Below, piece after piece: positions 1 through 14,792 of a DNA stretch of 64,000 nucleotides (position 1 is its first letter; each line of letters opens with the position of its first letter). The stretch is from the human T2T-CHM13v2.0 reference genome, Homo sapiens. Location: the NCBI RefSeq assembly GCF_009914755.1, contig NC_060947.1. The stretch is one strand, 5' to 3'. The position numbers and the translations under genes were made by a program. The notes under the pieces are model-generated. The model was not told the origin of the DNA. It searched no databases and saw only the letters and a program-made list of their open reading frames with translations.

Positions 1-797
1 TAGGGATTGCTCTAACTTCTCCCTACTTCTCAGTCCATCTGACACATGGTTCCCAAACAAGCCCTTCTGAAAATGCTGCTTTTCTTTGCTGCTCATCTCC
101 CTAACCTGGCTTCTAAAGTTACTTTCTCTATTTGATTCTAGCCTACTTGCCAGGCATGTCTCCTATCTGCACTCTATGCTCCATCCAAATGAGATTATCC
201 TGGGTCAGCTTTAGGGCTTCTCTCTTCTAGACTTCAACTTATGTTGTTCCTTCCACCTGGAATACCCTGCATGAAACTTGTTCTTACTTTATTTGGTTTG
301 TTGAAATCCTACCAAGTCTTTAAAGCCCCACCTAGATTTCTCTTTAATGAACTCTTTTCTTTGCCCTTTAACTCTCTGTGACACTTTTACTGCTGTCTTC
401 TATTGTTTCTGGTATGTGTGTTCTCTATTCTATTAGATTTTAAATGTCTTGGGGGTAAGGACCATGTTTTATTCATCTCTATATCATTCCATATTCATCC
501 AGCTAATTTAACAAAGATTCATTGAGTGTCAGAGACTGCATTCAAAATTGGAGCTCCAAAGATAAATGAGACATGACCCTTGCTCTCAAGGGAGCTCACA
601 GGCCAGGCATAAGGGAGTGACTAGTGTAAATAAGTGTGTGTATCCATCTCGGTGCCTCAAATATTAGAGAATGGGCAAAGATCATGAGCGCAGAGAATGA
701 ATGAAGGTACAGGGAGAACGTTTATTCTCATCTTATTTCCTGCAAATGCTCAGAAATTAGTTTGGGAAGATAGTTTTTAGGGGAGAAAATGAACATA

Positions 798-1135
798 CAG
801 TAGTCTTCCCTTATTTTTCAGAATATGTTCTAAGACCCCCAGTGGATGTTTGAACCCGGGGGTAGTACTGAACCCTATATACACTAGGTTTTTTCCTATA
901 CCTACATACCTATGATAAAGTTTAATTTATAAATTAGACGCAGCAAGAGATTAGCAATAATAACTAATGAAAAAATGGAACAATTATAACAATATACTGT
1001 AATAAAAGCTATGTGTAAGTAGTCTTTCTCTCTGTCTCTCAAAATATCTTATTGTATGTAATATTTTTGGACCATGATTGACTGCAGGTAACTGAAACCT
1101 TGGAAAGTGAAACAGTGAATAAGCAGGGAATATTG
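798..1135. mobile_element. MER44A-like non-autonomous Tigger (TcMar) DNA transposon
   Basis: Starts CAGTAGTCTTCCCTTAT and ends ATAAGCAGGGAATATTG (degenerate TIRs). TA on both sides (796-797, 1136-1137). 338 bp. Confidence 0.8.
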
Positions 1136-1189
1136 TAATTAGATTATGGCGGGAAGCACTTCTGTGTATCTCTCTTGGGGTGACAGAAT

Positions 1190-1410
1190 GGTTTAGAAAA
1201 GGGCAATAAGCTTCAGAATCAGATTGCTCTGAGTTTGAATTCTAACTGTGCCAATTTATAGTTATGTGACTGTGAGTTACCTGCTTATTTCTTTATGTAT
1301 AAAACAGATAATACCCAACTAATAGCATAGTTGTAAAATTAAATGAGATAACACTTTCATAGGGCCTAGCAAATGTTTGGAACTTATTAGATGCTTGGTA
1401 ACTAATGGGC
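1190..1410 (+). mobile_element. MIR SINE
   Basis: GAGTTTGAATTCTAACTGTGCCA...TGTGACTGTGAGTTACC...GTTGTAAAATTAAATGAGATAA matches the MIR core. Confidence 0.65.
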
Positions 1411-1859
1411 TTCACCCTACCATCTCTGCTTTTAAAAAATAAAGGGAATTTTTGATTTTCTGTCTATACTAGAACAATCTGGGTGGAGAGAGGTTTGATC
1501 TCTTCACTTTTCTCTACCTAAGTGGAAAGCTTTGAACTTACATTTCTTTTTCATTGCTTTTGAATCTCCATGCCAATTTCAAGCATAGATTTCAGGTACT
1601 ATTGGGCTCAGTGGTGGAAAGAGGGAGAAGTTGGCCTTCCTTTGGGGCATCTAAAGAAAGACCTTTAGATAGGGTAATGTTCTAAAAGTAGGAATTGCTT
1701 TTAGAAATTAGATCTCCTTTCCACTTGAATTTGTGAATCATTAGAGCTTAAATAGTCCTTATGGTTTTTCTATTTTTAGATCATTTCCATTTATTTTTAG
1801 AGGATTCAATGAAAAGATGCTGGTTTTGGTGCCCTGGGGTCAGCTTTTTTCTTTATCTT

Positions 1860-2650
1860 TTCTTCCAATAAACAGTTATTGAATACCTACTGAATACCAG
1901 GCGCTGATTAATGAGCAAGTAGTGAGCAAAACAGACAAGGGCACTGCCCCCAGAGACCTTATAACTTGTGGCAATGGGGGCTGGCAGTGATTAAATAATT
2001 ACGTGGATAAATATATAATGCTAAACTCTGAAAAGAAATGAAACGGAAATTCTAGGAAACTCTGAGCACTGTACTAATCTAGATGAAAAGGAAATTCTAG
2101 GAATCTCTAAGCCTTGTACCGGTCTATATGGTGACTCATAAAACTTTCTGGAGGAGGGGGGGCATTTGAATTGATTCAGATTTGTGGGTGAAAGGTGCTA
2201 ATGAGGCAAAAGGAGTTGGGGTGGGTCTACGCATACCGGGAGAAGGGGATGACTTATGAGTGCCTCCTGAAGCTTGCAGGGACGTGGTTTGACCTTGGAA
2301 CACGAAAGAGACCAAGAAATAAGGCTAAAGAGGTTGGTGACGATCAGATTTTGTAGAGCCTGGTGTGCCATGGGAAGGCATTGGTTTTTGTGGGAGACTT
2401 TTGAAGGATTTTAAAAGGACTGATGTGATGAGACTTGCATTTTGAGAAAGTTTTTTTTTGGCCATGCTATGGAAATGGAGGGCCTAAGAATGGAAGCTAG
2501 GAGAACAGTTTGGGTAGATCAGGTGAGAGTCGATGGAAGCTTCATTTGGGGACTTGGCTATATGACTGGGGAGAAAGGAGTGGAATCCAGAGAGATTTAA
2601 GAAGTAAACTAAATAGCTTTAGGTGATGGATTGACTATGAGGATGGGGCC
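1860..2650 (-). mobile_element. L2 LINE 3' fragment
   Basis: CAATAAACAGTTATTGAATACCTAC...CCAGGCGCTG...AAAACAGACAAG is the antisense L2 3' end, followed by a purine-rich L2 body. Confidence 0.6.
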
Positions 2651-3153
2651 TGGCTTGTAATCTTGGTCTTTAATCAGTAAAGCTCTGAGAACCATGCACA
2701 TGCTGATGACCATTGTAAAAATCACCTGCAACCTCAGAGATGTTCAAGGTGATCAGGGGGCCCAAGAGAACATTAGGCTGGGTGTGAAGAGAAGACTTTT
2801 CTTTGCAGTCTTCACAAACCATTGAACTTTTCTAGATCTGAATTTTGCCATCTGCAAAACAAATGGGTTGTATTAGATGAGCTCCACACATGAACTGCAT
2901 ACAGCTCTCTATTCTTAAGGAGCAAATCAATCTTAGATTTTCTATATTAACACTTTTATATTTGCAGAACAATTACTGTGTGTGTATGTGTGTGTGGGGG
3001 GGTGCTTTCATATTAATGATCACATAGATTTTCATAACAGTCTTGTGAACTCTTAAAGTTTTCTCTCCAGTGGCCAAATGAGGAGACTGAGATCCAGGAA
3101 GATTAGAAAGTTTGTCTAAGATTACAAATTGTTGGCAAAATTAGAGACCTTAA

Positions 3154-3290
3154 GGCTGAGTGTGGTGGGTCACAACTGTAATCCTAGCACTTTGAGAGGC
3201 CGAGACAGGAGGATTCCTTGAAGCCAGGAGTTCAAGACCAACCTAGGCAGCAAAGCAAGATGACCCCATCTCTAAAAAAAACCCCAAAAA
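3154..3290 (+). mobile_element. Alu monomer (FLAM/left-arm type), inserted in a MIR remnant
   Basis: Single Alu arm with A-rich tail. TSD TAGAGACCTTAA (3142-3153) / TAGAGTCCTTAA (3293-3304). Confidence 0.85.
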
Positions 3291-3944
3291 CATAGAGTCC
3301 TTAAGTCTCCTAATTTTTTCTGACCCCCTTTTATTAGTTCTTTCTTTCTTCTATTGTATATTTATATGCCTTTGTATTCTGTTTATCCCCCTTCCATTCC
3401 ATTTTTTTTAAGTATTCCATCCAAGAAGGCAGAGTGAGGCAGTGTAACTTCCTTTAAGCACTTCTGATATTTGGTTTGAAACTATATGCTCACTTGAAAC
3501 TTGGACTTACTTGTGATTATTCTTGCCACTCCTGACCCAATTACTAAGAATAAATAATAATTTGGGCAAATTTCAAATGTTCATATAGAGAAAATGTAAG
3601 CAGATACAGAGGTCATGAAAGACTGGCCTGATTAGGAAGAAGTCTATTATTATATTTCAACTTTTGCTTCCAAAACCGGGCAGTCACCATTTTATAAGTG
3701 GATTTGGTTCTAAAGCCATCTTATAAATGATGGTGAATATTGGGACTGATCATTTTTGAACCCTATTTGATATGTTCTATATCTCAAAGAAGATTCAGCT
3801 CAAGAGAAAAATCCAGCCCAATGAATAGCTGTTATTTGAGGGCAGTCTTTCCTTCCTGGTTAACTGGGCTGAACACTTATCCAGAAGGTAATTTGGTCTC
3901 CATTCAGCAAACAAATACCCAGCCAGTTTTGATTGTTCACCTAC

Positions 3945-5861
3945 TGTGTCAGTTTGTTCTTGCACTGCTATAAAGAAATACCTGAAGCTGGGTAATTTAT
4001 AAAGAAAAGAGGTTTAATTGGCTTATGTTCTGCAGGCTGTACAGCAAGTATAGTACTGGCATCTGTTTGGCTTCTGGTGAGATCTCAGGGATCTTTTACT
4101 CACGTTGGAAGGTGAAATAGGAGCAGACATGTAACACGACAAGCGAGTAAGCAAGAGAGAGAGGGTGAGGAGGTCCCAGGCAAATCTGAAACCCAGCAGG
4201 GAAGGCATTAAATCTTCAAGCTCCAACACAATCCTTGACTCCATGTCCCATATCCTGGTGTGAGGGGTGAGCCCCCAAGGCCTTAGGCAGCCCTGCTCCT
4301 GTGGCTTTGCTGAATGCAGCCCATGTGGCTGCTCTCATGGGTTGGAGTTGAGTGCTTGTGGTTTTTCCAGGCAGAGGGTGCAAGCTGCCGGTGAATCTAC
4401 CTTTCTGAGGTCCAGAGGGCAGTGGCTCCTTTCTCACAGCTCCACTAGGCAGTGCCCTGGTGGGGACTCTGTGTGGGGGCTCCAACCCCAGATTTCTCCT
4501 CAGCATTGCCCTAGTAGAGTTTCGCTGTGGGGGCTCTGCTCCTGCAGCTGGCTTCTGTCTGGTCACCCAGACTTTCTCATACATCTTCAGAAGTCCAGGC
4601 AGAGGTTGTCAAGCCTCATTTACTCCTGCATTCTGTGCACTTACAGGCTTAATACCACCTGTTAACCACCAAGGCTTATGGCAGGTTACAATCTCCAAAG
4701 TTGCAGCCTGAGCTGTACCAGGGACCCTTTGAGCTGAGTCTGGAACTGGAGCAGCTGGGATTTGGGAAGCAGTGTCCTGAAGTGGCTCAGGGCAGTGATG
4801 CCCTGGGCCTGGCTGCTGAAACCATTCTTTCCTCCCAGGCCTCTAGGCTTACAATAGGAGAGGCTGCCTTGGAGATTTATGAAAAAGCCTTTAGGGCCTT
4901 TTTCCCGTTGTCTGGGATATTAGCACTTGGCTCTGTTTTAGTTTTGCAAAGCTCTCTATCAAGTGGTTGCTCTGTAGCTTGCTTGGATTCTTTCTCTGTC
5001 ATAGGGCCATGCTGCAAATTTTCCAAACTTTTATGTGCTCTGTTTCCCTTTTAAATATAAGTTCAAACTTTAAATCATTTCTTTGCTCCCACATCTGATT
5101 GTAGGTTGTTAGAAATAGGCCACTTCTTAAATGCTTTGCCGCTTAGAAATTTCTTCCATTAGATACCCTATGTCATCACTCTTAAGTTCAAACTTCCACA
5201 GATTTCCAGAGCATGAACATAATATGCCCAAGCTGTTTGTTAAGGTATAACACAGGTGATCTTTAACTGCAGTTCCCAATAAATTCCTCATTTCCATCTG
5301 AGACCTTGTCAGCCTGACCTTCACTGTCCATATTTATTTTTCTTTTCATTCTTTCTATCTTTTTTCCTTTCTTTTTTTTTTTGAGATGGAGTCTTTCTTT
5401 GTCACCCAGGGTGGAGGGCAGTGGCATGATCTCAGCTCAGTGCAACCTCCACCTCCTGGGTTTAAGTGATTCTCCTGCCCCAGCCTCCCGAGTGGCTGGA
5501 ATTACAGGTGTGCACCACCATGCCTGGCTAATTTTTGTATTTTTAGTAGAGACACGGTTCCACCATGTTGGCCAGGCTGGTCTTGAACCCCTGACCTCAA
5601 GTGGTCTGCCCACCTTGGCCTCCCAAAATGCTGAGATTACAGGTGTGAACCACTGTGCCCAGCCTACTGTCCATATTTCTATCAGTATTTTGGTTGCAAC
5701 CAATGAACAAGTCTCTAAGAAGTTCCAAACTTTCCTTCATCTTCCTGTCTTCTTCTCAGCCTTAGAAACTTGTCCCAACTCTGCCAATTACCCAGTTACA
5801 AAGTCATTTCCACCTTTTCAGGTATCTTTATAGCAACACTCCACTCCTTGGTACCAATTTT
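3945..5861 (-). mobile_element. MSTA-type MaLR provirus remnant: partial 3' LTR (3945-~4181) plus MST internal region, no 5' LTR
   Basis: TGTGTCAGTTTGTTCTTGCACTGCTATAAAG...GGTAATTTATAAAGAAAAGAGGTTTAATTGG is an MST LTR end. The internal part is homologous to the THE1 internal at 39782-41382 and ends at GGTACCAATTTTC. CCTAC flanks both sides. Confidence 0.85.
5336..5664 (-). mobile_element. AluS, full length, nested in the MST internal region
   Basis: Dimeric Alu with poly(T) on the + strand. TSD ACTGTCCATATTT at 5323-5335 and 5666-5678. Confidence 0.95.
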
Positions 5862-6046
5862 CCTACCATGTTCCCATTTCTTACCTTTTTTCTTCTGGAA
5901 ACTTCTAGCTTTCTACATAGAGGATACTGCTTCAGTAGTCTGAACTAGAAAAACAGAAAGAAAGCCCACAGTGGCCTGGAAATCCTCAACACTCCATAGA
6001 TTTAAAAGCCTGGAAAGTCCATAGGCCAAAAAGGATCTTTGGTCAG

Positions 6047-6370
6047 TGTCTCACTATCTATTGCTGCATAACAAACAACCCCAAAACTTAGTGCTCTAAA
6101 ACAACAACAAATTTGTTACATCTTATGAATTCATGGGTCACAAATTTGGTTCAGGTTTCTCCTAATCAATTATTCTGTTCCATGTGGTGTTGACTGAGGT
6201 CACTCAGTGGTATTCAGTTAATGGCTCATTTGGTCTGGAAGATTCAAGATGTCTTCAATCACATGTATGGTACTCTGGTGAGGATGACTGGAAAGATGAC
6301 TGGAGAAAGAGACCCAACCTCTCAATGGAAGTTGTGTCAAAGAATTTGTAGCCATGGTTAATCCACCACA
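6047..6370 (-). mobile_element. MLT1 (MLT1G/H-like) MaLR LTR, internally deleted
   Basis: TATCTATTGCTGCATAACAAACAACCCCAAAACTTAGTG...GTGTCAAAGAATTTGTAGCC...CCACCACA. Same family as 52038-52964. Confidence 0.65.
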
Positions 6371-6670
6371 CTTTAAATGTTATAATTCTTTCATTTCTTC
6401 AGTCCCAGCACTAAGTCTGAATACACCATTTACCTAAGGAGCTAGTGTTGTTCTAGCTCTTCCAACTTTCCTTGTCTGGCCTGTCCATGGTTGGGACTCA
6501 TTGGTAAGGAGTGCTTTCCCTTATTATTGGCCTCTAAGGCCCAGGGATCTTGACCCTCTGAGTGTATCATTATCCTTTGGATGTTCTTGTTGCTTCCTTG
6601 AAGGATCCTGCCCTGAATAGGCTCCTGATCTCCTGGAAAAGTGTGATGTATTTTTAAGAAATTTAATCTT

Positions 6671-6967
<297 letters not shown>

Positions 6968-7099
6968 TTAATCTTAATAAATCTCTTACATATATATTAG
7001 CGAATCCCTCTTTGGTAGGTTTTCAGGCTGTGTGACAAACATAAATCTAGAAAGTATGTTGGGTGAATCATACTTGTGCACAAAGTTCCATGCATACTG

Positions 7100-7480
7100 A
7101 TCTTATTTTAGTTCTTCAAACATGCCAGGCTCTTTCCCACTTTCCAAGAACTTGTGTATGCCTTTTCTCCTGTCTGAAACAGCTTGTCTTTCCTTCCGCT
7201 GGGCTAACATCCATTTAACCTAGGAATTGCAGCTTCGATGGCATTCATCCACAAAGGCTTGTACTTAATCCTTTGTCTAAATTAGCCTCCTTATTTTTGG
7301 TCTTCTAGGCCCTGTTCTCTTCCTTTATAATATGCATCATAATTTATAATTAGATATTTATTTTCATGTTTATTTCTTTGTCATCTGTCTCCTCCATGAT
7401 ATGTATGCTTCTTGAGGGTAGAGATTATCTGTTACATTCACTGCTATATTGGCTCAACAAATATTTGCTAAATGAATGTG
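7100..7480 (+). mobile_element. L2 3' fragment
   Basis: CTTCTTGAGGGTAGAGATTATCTG...CAACAAATATTTGCTAAATGAATG is the L2 terminal motif. Confidence 0.6.
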
Positions 7481-7483
7481 TGG

Positions 7484-7484
<1 letters not shown>

Positions 7485-7513
<29 letters not shown>
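7485..7513. repeat. (TG)n microsatellite
   Basis: About 14 TG units read directly. Confidence 0.95.
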
Positions 7514-7516
<3 letters not shown>

Positions 7517-7889
7517 AGAGCGTATCATATAGATAGGCAGGCAGTACATCAAGTTGTGCTTCTGGCATCAGTTCCCAGACTTGTTTCTGTTTTTTGTAGG
7601 AGTTCTCCTGTCTCTATTACTCTAAACACTTAAAGCCATTTTTAAGAGGCAGGCTCATGGTGAGTGATGGCATCAGAATGTGTGACCCGGGAGAAGGAGG
7701 TCACATTCATAGGTAAAGATCAGCCTGGAAATGACCTTTTGTCTGGACCTACTCCCTCAAAATGTTGAACATGGAATTGGAGGAAAGACAGAAAAGAAGC
7801 TGGAGTAATGATTGATAGTTTTTTCTGAATAGCTTTTCTCTCTTTTCATAGTATTAGGATTTTCACCTTTGCATGTATGGTTCGAAATA

Positions 7890-8250
7890 ATGAATACATT
7901 TCCCATTCTCCCTTGCTGCTAAGTATGACCATGTGTCTATATTCTGGCCAATGGGATGTAAGCAGAAGGATTATGTAACTTTTTTTTTTTTTAACTATTA
8001 TTTTGTCTATCCTGTTTCTTATAATCCAAATGCTGTCATCTTGGACCATGAAGACAAAGAGTAGAACCTCAGGATAGAGGAGCAGTGAATTGGAAGGATT
8101 TTGTATTGTTAAAGACTTCGTGAGGAGAGCTACCTTATTAGCATTGGCCTGTATATCTCCAGAATTTTATAGGAGGGTAAAATAAAATTCCACCTTTTTA
8201 AAGTGTTTTTTAATAGGTTTTCTGTCCATCTCTGGCAAAGCTAATATTAA
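7890..8250 (+). mobile_element. Old MLT1 LTR fragment
   Basis: GACCATGTGTCTATATTCTGGCCAATGGGATGTAAGCAGAAG and GTCATCTTGGACCATGAAG are MLT1 motifs. Confidence 0.5.
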
Positions 8251-9159
8251 TGGGTATGAAATTATGTCTCATATCAGATTATGTGAGTTTGGTCCCCAAC
8301 AATGTCAGAAAAACAAAAGATAAGACAATACCAATGGTAAGACAGAGAGTGTATCACTGACCATGGGCTCCAGGATATTTCTTAATGTATTTCCAAAGGT
8401 AGATTTTTTATGGGGGAAAATAAATCCACATTTCAGGCTCTCCTTTCTTGACTGTTACAAAGGATTGGGAAAATTATTCCATGCCTAGAGGGCTTTCTGA
8501 TTTCACCAGCAACTTCTGCTGTATCTTAAAGCACAAATTGATTTCTTTATTACTGTTAGAAAGTTCACCTGCCAGATTATACTGATTTCCTGAAGTCATT
8601 TTGGACAAAGGAAAGGTCACATTGTTTTTTAGTAAAGACAGGGTTTTTCTCCTGTATCACTTCCCTGGTTTTCTTTTTTTTCAGCCTTTCTTTTGTAATG
8701 TCTTAAATAAGACATTTCCCCAAGATGTTTAAAGCAACAATACTTAACCTTTGTACAACCCTTTCATCTCTAGAGTCTTTTGCAATGGGTACTGAATGAA
8801 GTCAGAAATCTTCTTGCAAAGGATCATTGGTGACTACAAGTGAGTATGGGGAGAGTTTTGAGTTCATGAACTATTAGATACAATTTTAAAAGTAGAAAAA
8901 AAACATTATCAAGAGTGGTTGACACAAGTTGCCATGCTTGGTGCTAATGAAAATAATTCTGGACCCTGAAGAATCTGGTCTAGTAGGGTCTCACATGGAT
9001 ATACCTAAAATCATTCAGCATAGAAGGAGGCATCTCTATCATAACTACTCTTGTTTGGGTTCTTTCCATTCACTCTTCCCTCCTTTCTCTGCCTTTCCCC
9101 ATTTCTTAACCCCGTCTTTACAGATATTTCACCTTTACCTTATCGAGATACCATCTCCC

Positions 9160-9400
9160 ATGGTCTTAGGTTGGATTTCCCTGGAAGTGGACTTTGAGAC
9201 AAGGACTTGAGTGCAAGGAGTATATTTGAGAAGTGATCTGGTTAGAACTAGTAGGGGAATAGGGGAAGGGAGACAAGAAATGAAAAGTGAGCAGGTTATA
9301 AGTGTGAGCAACAGGGGCTCAACCTCACTGGGGACCTCTGGGAGACAGTGAAGAACATGGCTCAGAGTTCTCCCACCTGAGGGAGAGGGTGCTGGATTAT
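9160..9400. mobile_element. ERVL-class LTR fragment (LTR16/LTR33-like)
   Basis: GGTCTTAGGTTGGATTTCCCTGGAAGTGGACTTTGAGACAAGGACTTGAGTGCAAG resembles this LTR terminus. Confidence 0.5.
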
Positions 9401-10133
9401 TTATTATAAATAAAGTTAAAGAGAAAAGAAGTATGTTTGAGGACAACTGATTTTTAAAAATAAGTCTTGTAGAACTATTTGACTTCCTGAATTATGTGCA
9501 TGTATAATAAGAAAATAAACAGTCTATAGGGATTACTAAGAATTTTATTGATTTGCCTATGTCAAATAGAAAAATATACCAATTTTAACATTAAAACAGG
9601 GGCTTTTCTCTACTCCACCTTTCTAGTATTTATTATTTTTAATTTGACTTTGGGGGTCAAGGGGTAATTTTGAGCACTCACTAAGTATGTGGCATTATGC
9701 TAGACCCTCAGAAGTTGGAAGATAGGAGAACTTTAGTCCCAGCCTTCTAAAATTTATAACAGAACAGAGAGAAAAGTCATATGTTGGAAATTACAAAGAT
9801 TAATTCTATAATTTATTGGAAGTGAATTGGAAATTAAATTTAAGGTTTATACAAGCCAATGTAAGGCAGTGTCATTCAGGATATATATAGTAACACTAAA
9901 GGAAGGATAAATAAGGTAAATAGCACTGTAAAGTAAGTAAGTGCAGTAGAAAGTGAATTTAGTACTTGATCCGAAGGACCTGGCTCACAGAAAAGGAAGA
10001 GGGAGGGAAGAGCAGAGAGGTGGAATGGCATAAGCAATATCATAGTGATGATGGATTAGGTGTTAAGTTGCAGAGGGAGACTGATGGAACTGATCAGGTG
10101 GCAGCAGGTGATGAAGGTAAGAACAGGTGATGG

Positions 10134-11240
<1,107 letters not shown>

Positions 11241-11553
11241 TGACTTTTTAAAAAGAAAGAATTAATTATATACTAAGTAAAGGATGGATTTGGTGGGAAG
11301 GGATACCAGACACAAATAAATCAGTTGTAAAGCTGTTGTCCCAATGCCAATGAGAGGACTCAAGACCCTGGCCTGGGGGACTATAGGAGCTGTGGGAAGA
11401 AAGCGTTTAAACTAAGTGACTTTATAGAGCTTGGCAGAGGATCAGAGCTCATTTCTCAGGATGTCCTTTCTACCTAGAAAAATCTTTGCATTTAAGTTAT
11501 TTGCTGTTAACTGTAGCCAGAAGAGTGGGATCACGTTTATTAAATCTGCCTAA

Positions 11554-12002
<449 letters not shown>

Positions 12003-12089
12003 TAATGTACTCTTCTGTTTGCTCCTTGCCTTGAGGACCTGGTGTTAGGATTCCTTCTTTTCTCCCCTATTCCATTGCCCTCCTTCCAT

Positions 12090-12850
12090 TAATCCATCAG
12101 TGAATAAACATTTGCTGAGGGCCTGCCCTGTGCTAGGCCCTGGCTGGGCAACACAGTGGATCCAAAAATTAATTTGACATGTTCCAGTCTTCCAGAAGTT
12201 CAGTGCATTCAGTAAAGGATTTGAAAAAAAAAAAACAAAAAGCTTACAATACCAGGAAATGCTGTGTAAATCCCCACTGTCCTGTGTCTGTGAGTCTGTG
12301 ACCACCCCTCTTCCAAATTACTGCTTAGGACTATTCAATGAAAAGAGTGAGTAGCTAGGTTTGAAATGGAGGGTGAGTAGTGGGGAAGGTGTCTTGTTTG
12401 AGGTGGCAGCTAGGTTAAGCTGAAGATGGATAAGATTTCAATAGCAGAGATGAGGGAAAGGTATGATAATAAGAAACAGCCTGAGTAAAGGTGTGGAGAG
12501 GCAAAATGTAAGGCACAGTGAGGGAATTACAAATAGAATTTGGCCAGAGCACAGGGTGTATAGAGAGGAGTATATCAAGTAGGAAGGCAGGACGGACTGT
12601 GGGCCAGAGTAGGAGCCAGGTTACAAATGTTGTCGATTTCATGGGCAATAGGGAACCACTAAAGGTTTTTGGTGAAAGCAATGTAATCAGAGCTGCCTTT
12701 TGCAAAGACGACTCTGGCAGTGATGAGCTGCAAGACTGAAGACACAATAATGTTTTAGGATGCTATTACAATAGTCCAAGGAAGAATTAATGAGGGCATG
12801 TATTAGGTTTGTTGGGATAGAAAGGAGGCGATAGGTAACATGAGCAATAA
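12090..12850 (-). mobile_element. L2 fragments
   Basis: AATAAACATTTGCTGAGGGCCTGCCCTGTGCTAGGCCCTGG and GGCAATAGGGAACCACTAAAGGTTTTTG are L2 motifs. Confidence 0.55.
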
Positions 12851-13079
12851 TTAAAAAAAAATATGGAGATCAGAGGGGAAAGGGATGGCAGAACAGAAAC
12901 AACTGTTTTACCTTTCTTTCACACGCTGTATTTTGAACATGAGCCAAACTTCGTGTGAAGTAGGTGTGGGTGTTGATCAGGATTGCATTCCTGATAGCTG
13001 AGCTGTGGGTAAGAGGTCAAACGGACAGAACCCAGAGTGGAACATTCTGCTGTGCTCAACATGGAATTCCTTAGGAAAC

Positions 13080-14667
13080 AAAACCCAACCAAAGTCAAAA
13101 GCCCTGTTCCTCAACTCCACACTTTTCCTGCTGCTGCTCCATCTCTCTTGTGCCTGCCTTTCAACATCAAACTTCTAGAAAAAGTTGCACATTCTCAATG
13201 CCATTACCTTTTCACTTCTTATCCACTCAGCTCTCTCTGATCTGGCTCTTAACTCCTTCACTGCAAGAAAACTGTGTTCATTATGTCACCAGGGCCTTCC
13301 ATGTTGCTAGAGTTAATGGCTATTCTTCTAGTCTCAGCTTACCTGCAGTATCAGGTGTGTCCAAGCCTGTCAGCCATTCCCCCTCTTTAGAATGCTCTCC
13401 TTTCCTGGATTCTGTGACCCTGCTCCTTGTATTTTTCTCATTACCTCATTGACTACTCGTGCTCATTCTTCTTTTCTAGCACATCCTCCTCTACTAGGCC
13501 ACTACATATTGGAGATGTTAGGCCTTCTTTTGTTTTTACTCTATGCTCTTTCCTTAAGTGACCCTGTAGATACTCATAACTTCTGTTTTTATCTATATGC
13601 TAATGATGTATACATTTCTAGCTCCAGTCTAGATGCCTCTCTGCTGAGCAGCAGACCTGTAAACCCAACTGTCTGTTAAACATGTTCACTTGACTGTCCC
13701 CAAAGTAGCTCAAACTCAGCATGTGCAAAACTGAATTCATGATCTCTTCCCTCCAACACTTCCTCTGTGGTAAGCAGCACCACCGGCCATCCATGTATGC
13801 ATGCCAGAAGGTGGAAAAACAGTCTTGACCACCACCTCTCTCTTAATTCTTCATATCAAATCCATTAATTTCTTATTGATTTTACTTGTTAAAATATTTC
13901 TTAAACTCATTCATTTCTTCACCCAAGTCTTGGTTACCAACAACTCCCATCTTGACCACTATCATGAACTTAACCTGAATCTGAGCCCAAGCTGCCCTCT
14001 ACTTCAATGCGTCTTCCACTCAGAGCCAGTGTGAACTTAAATAGGCCTAAATAGGATAATGTTATTGTCTTCTTAAGCAATTTGAATTGTTTTCCATTGC
14101 TCACAGAACAAAAGCCATAATGTTCATCTGGCCTTAAAGGCCCTACAAGGGCTGGTCATTCCTATCCTCTTCGGCCTAACCCCTCCCCACTTTCCTCCAT
14201 TCCCTTCTTTATGCTGCAGCTGCTCAGACCTTCTCTCTGTTCCTCCTTCGCCACAAAACCCACTCTTCCAACAGGACTTCTGCAGCTTCAGATTGCCCAG
14301 AATTATCCCCTCTCACCACTCCTCTGCCCAGTTAACTTCTACTCATGGTTTGAATCTCAGATTATGTACCACTTGCTCAGGGAAGTCTTCCTTGATGCCC
14401 TAATTTAGATCATACTAGACCTCCTCCCCTCTTGTTATATAATATGTTCCTAGCCCTGGGTACCTTTCCTTGACGGCACTTTGCACAGCTTATAATGACC
14501 CACCTATTACTTTGATTATTTGATTAAGGTTTGTCTAACCCACCAGACTATAAATTCTATGAGGGCAGGAACTGTGTCAAGTTTTTACTCACCCTTGTTT
14601 GGTGACATGATTGGTAGTGTCTGGAGCACAGTAAGTGTTCAATAAATACATGCCGAATAAATAAATT
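13080..14667 (+). mobile_element. L2a LINE, ~1.6 kb 3' portion
   Basis: Decayed RT region (TATCTATATGCTAATGAT, a YADD-like motif; CTCAAACTCAGCATGTGCAAAACTGAATTC). Ends CACAGTAAGTGTTCAATAAATAC...AATAAATAAAT. Confidence 0.75.
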
Positions 14668-14792
14668 AGCAAATGGGGTGAGTTAAGCTTTATTACACTG
14701 TGTCTCATGGAGGGCTATTGGAGAAGCCTTCAGTGCACACAGTAGCTCTGCCATCAACAATGCCAGCTAAGTATGTTAATAAATATTCTAAT

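Noticed and set aside
4216-5324. Cluster of overlapping ORFs, with similar peptides at 39969-41284
   Set aside because: These are fragmented MaLR internal frames. The similarity between the loci reflects MST/THE1 family homology, not a gene duplication.
5381-5833. 150-aa ORF, the longest in the track, and similar ORFs at 10222-10428 and 11572-11868
   Set aside because: These are Alu translations (e.g. [26 protein letters not shown]) with no gene context.
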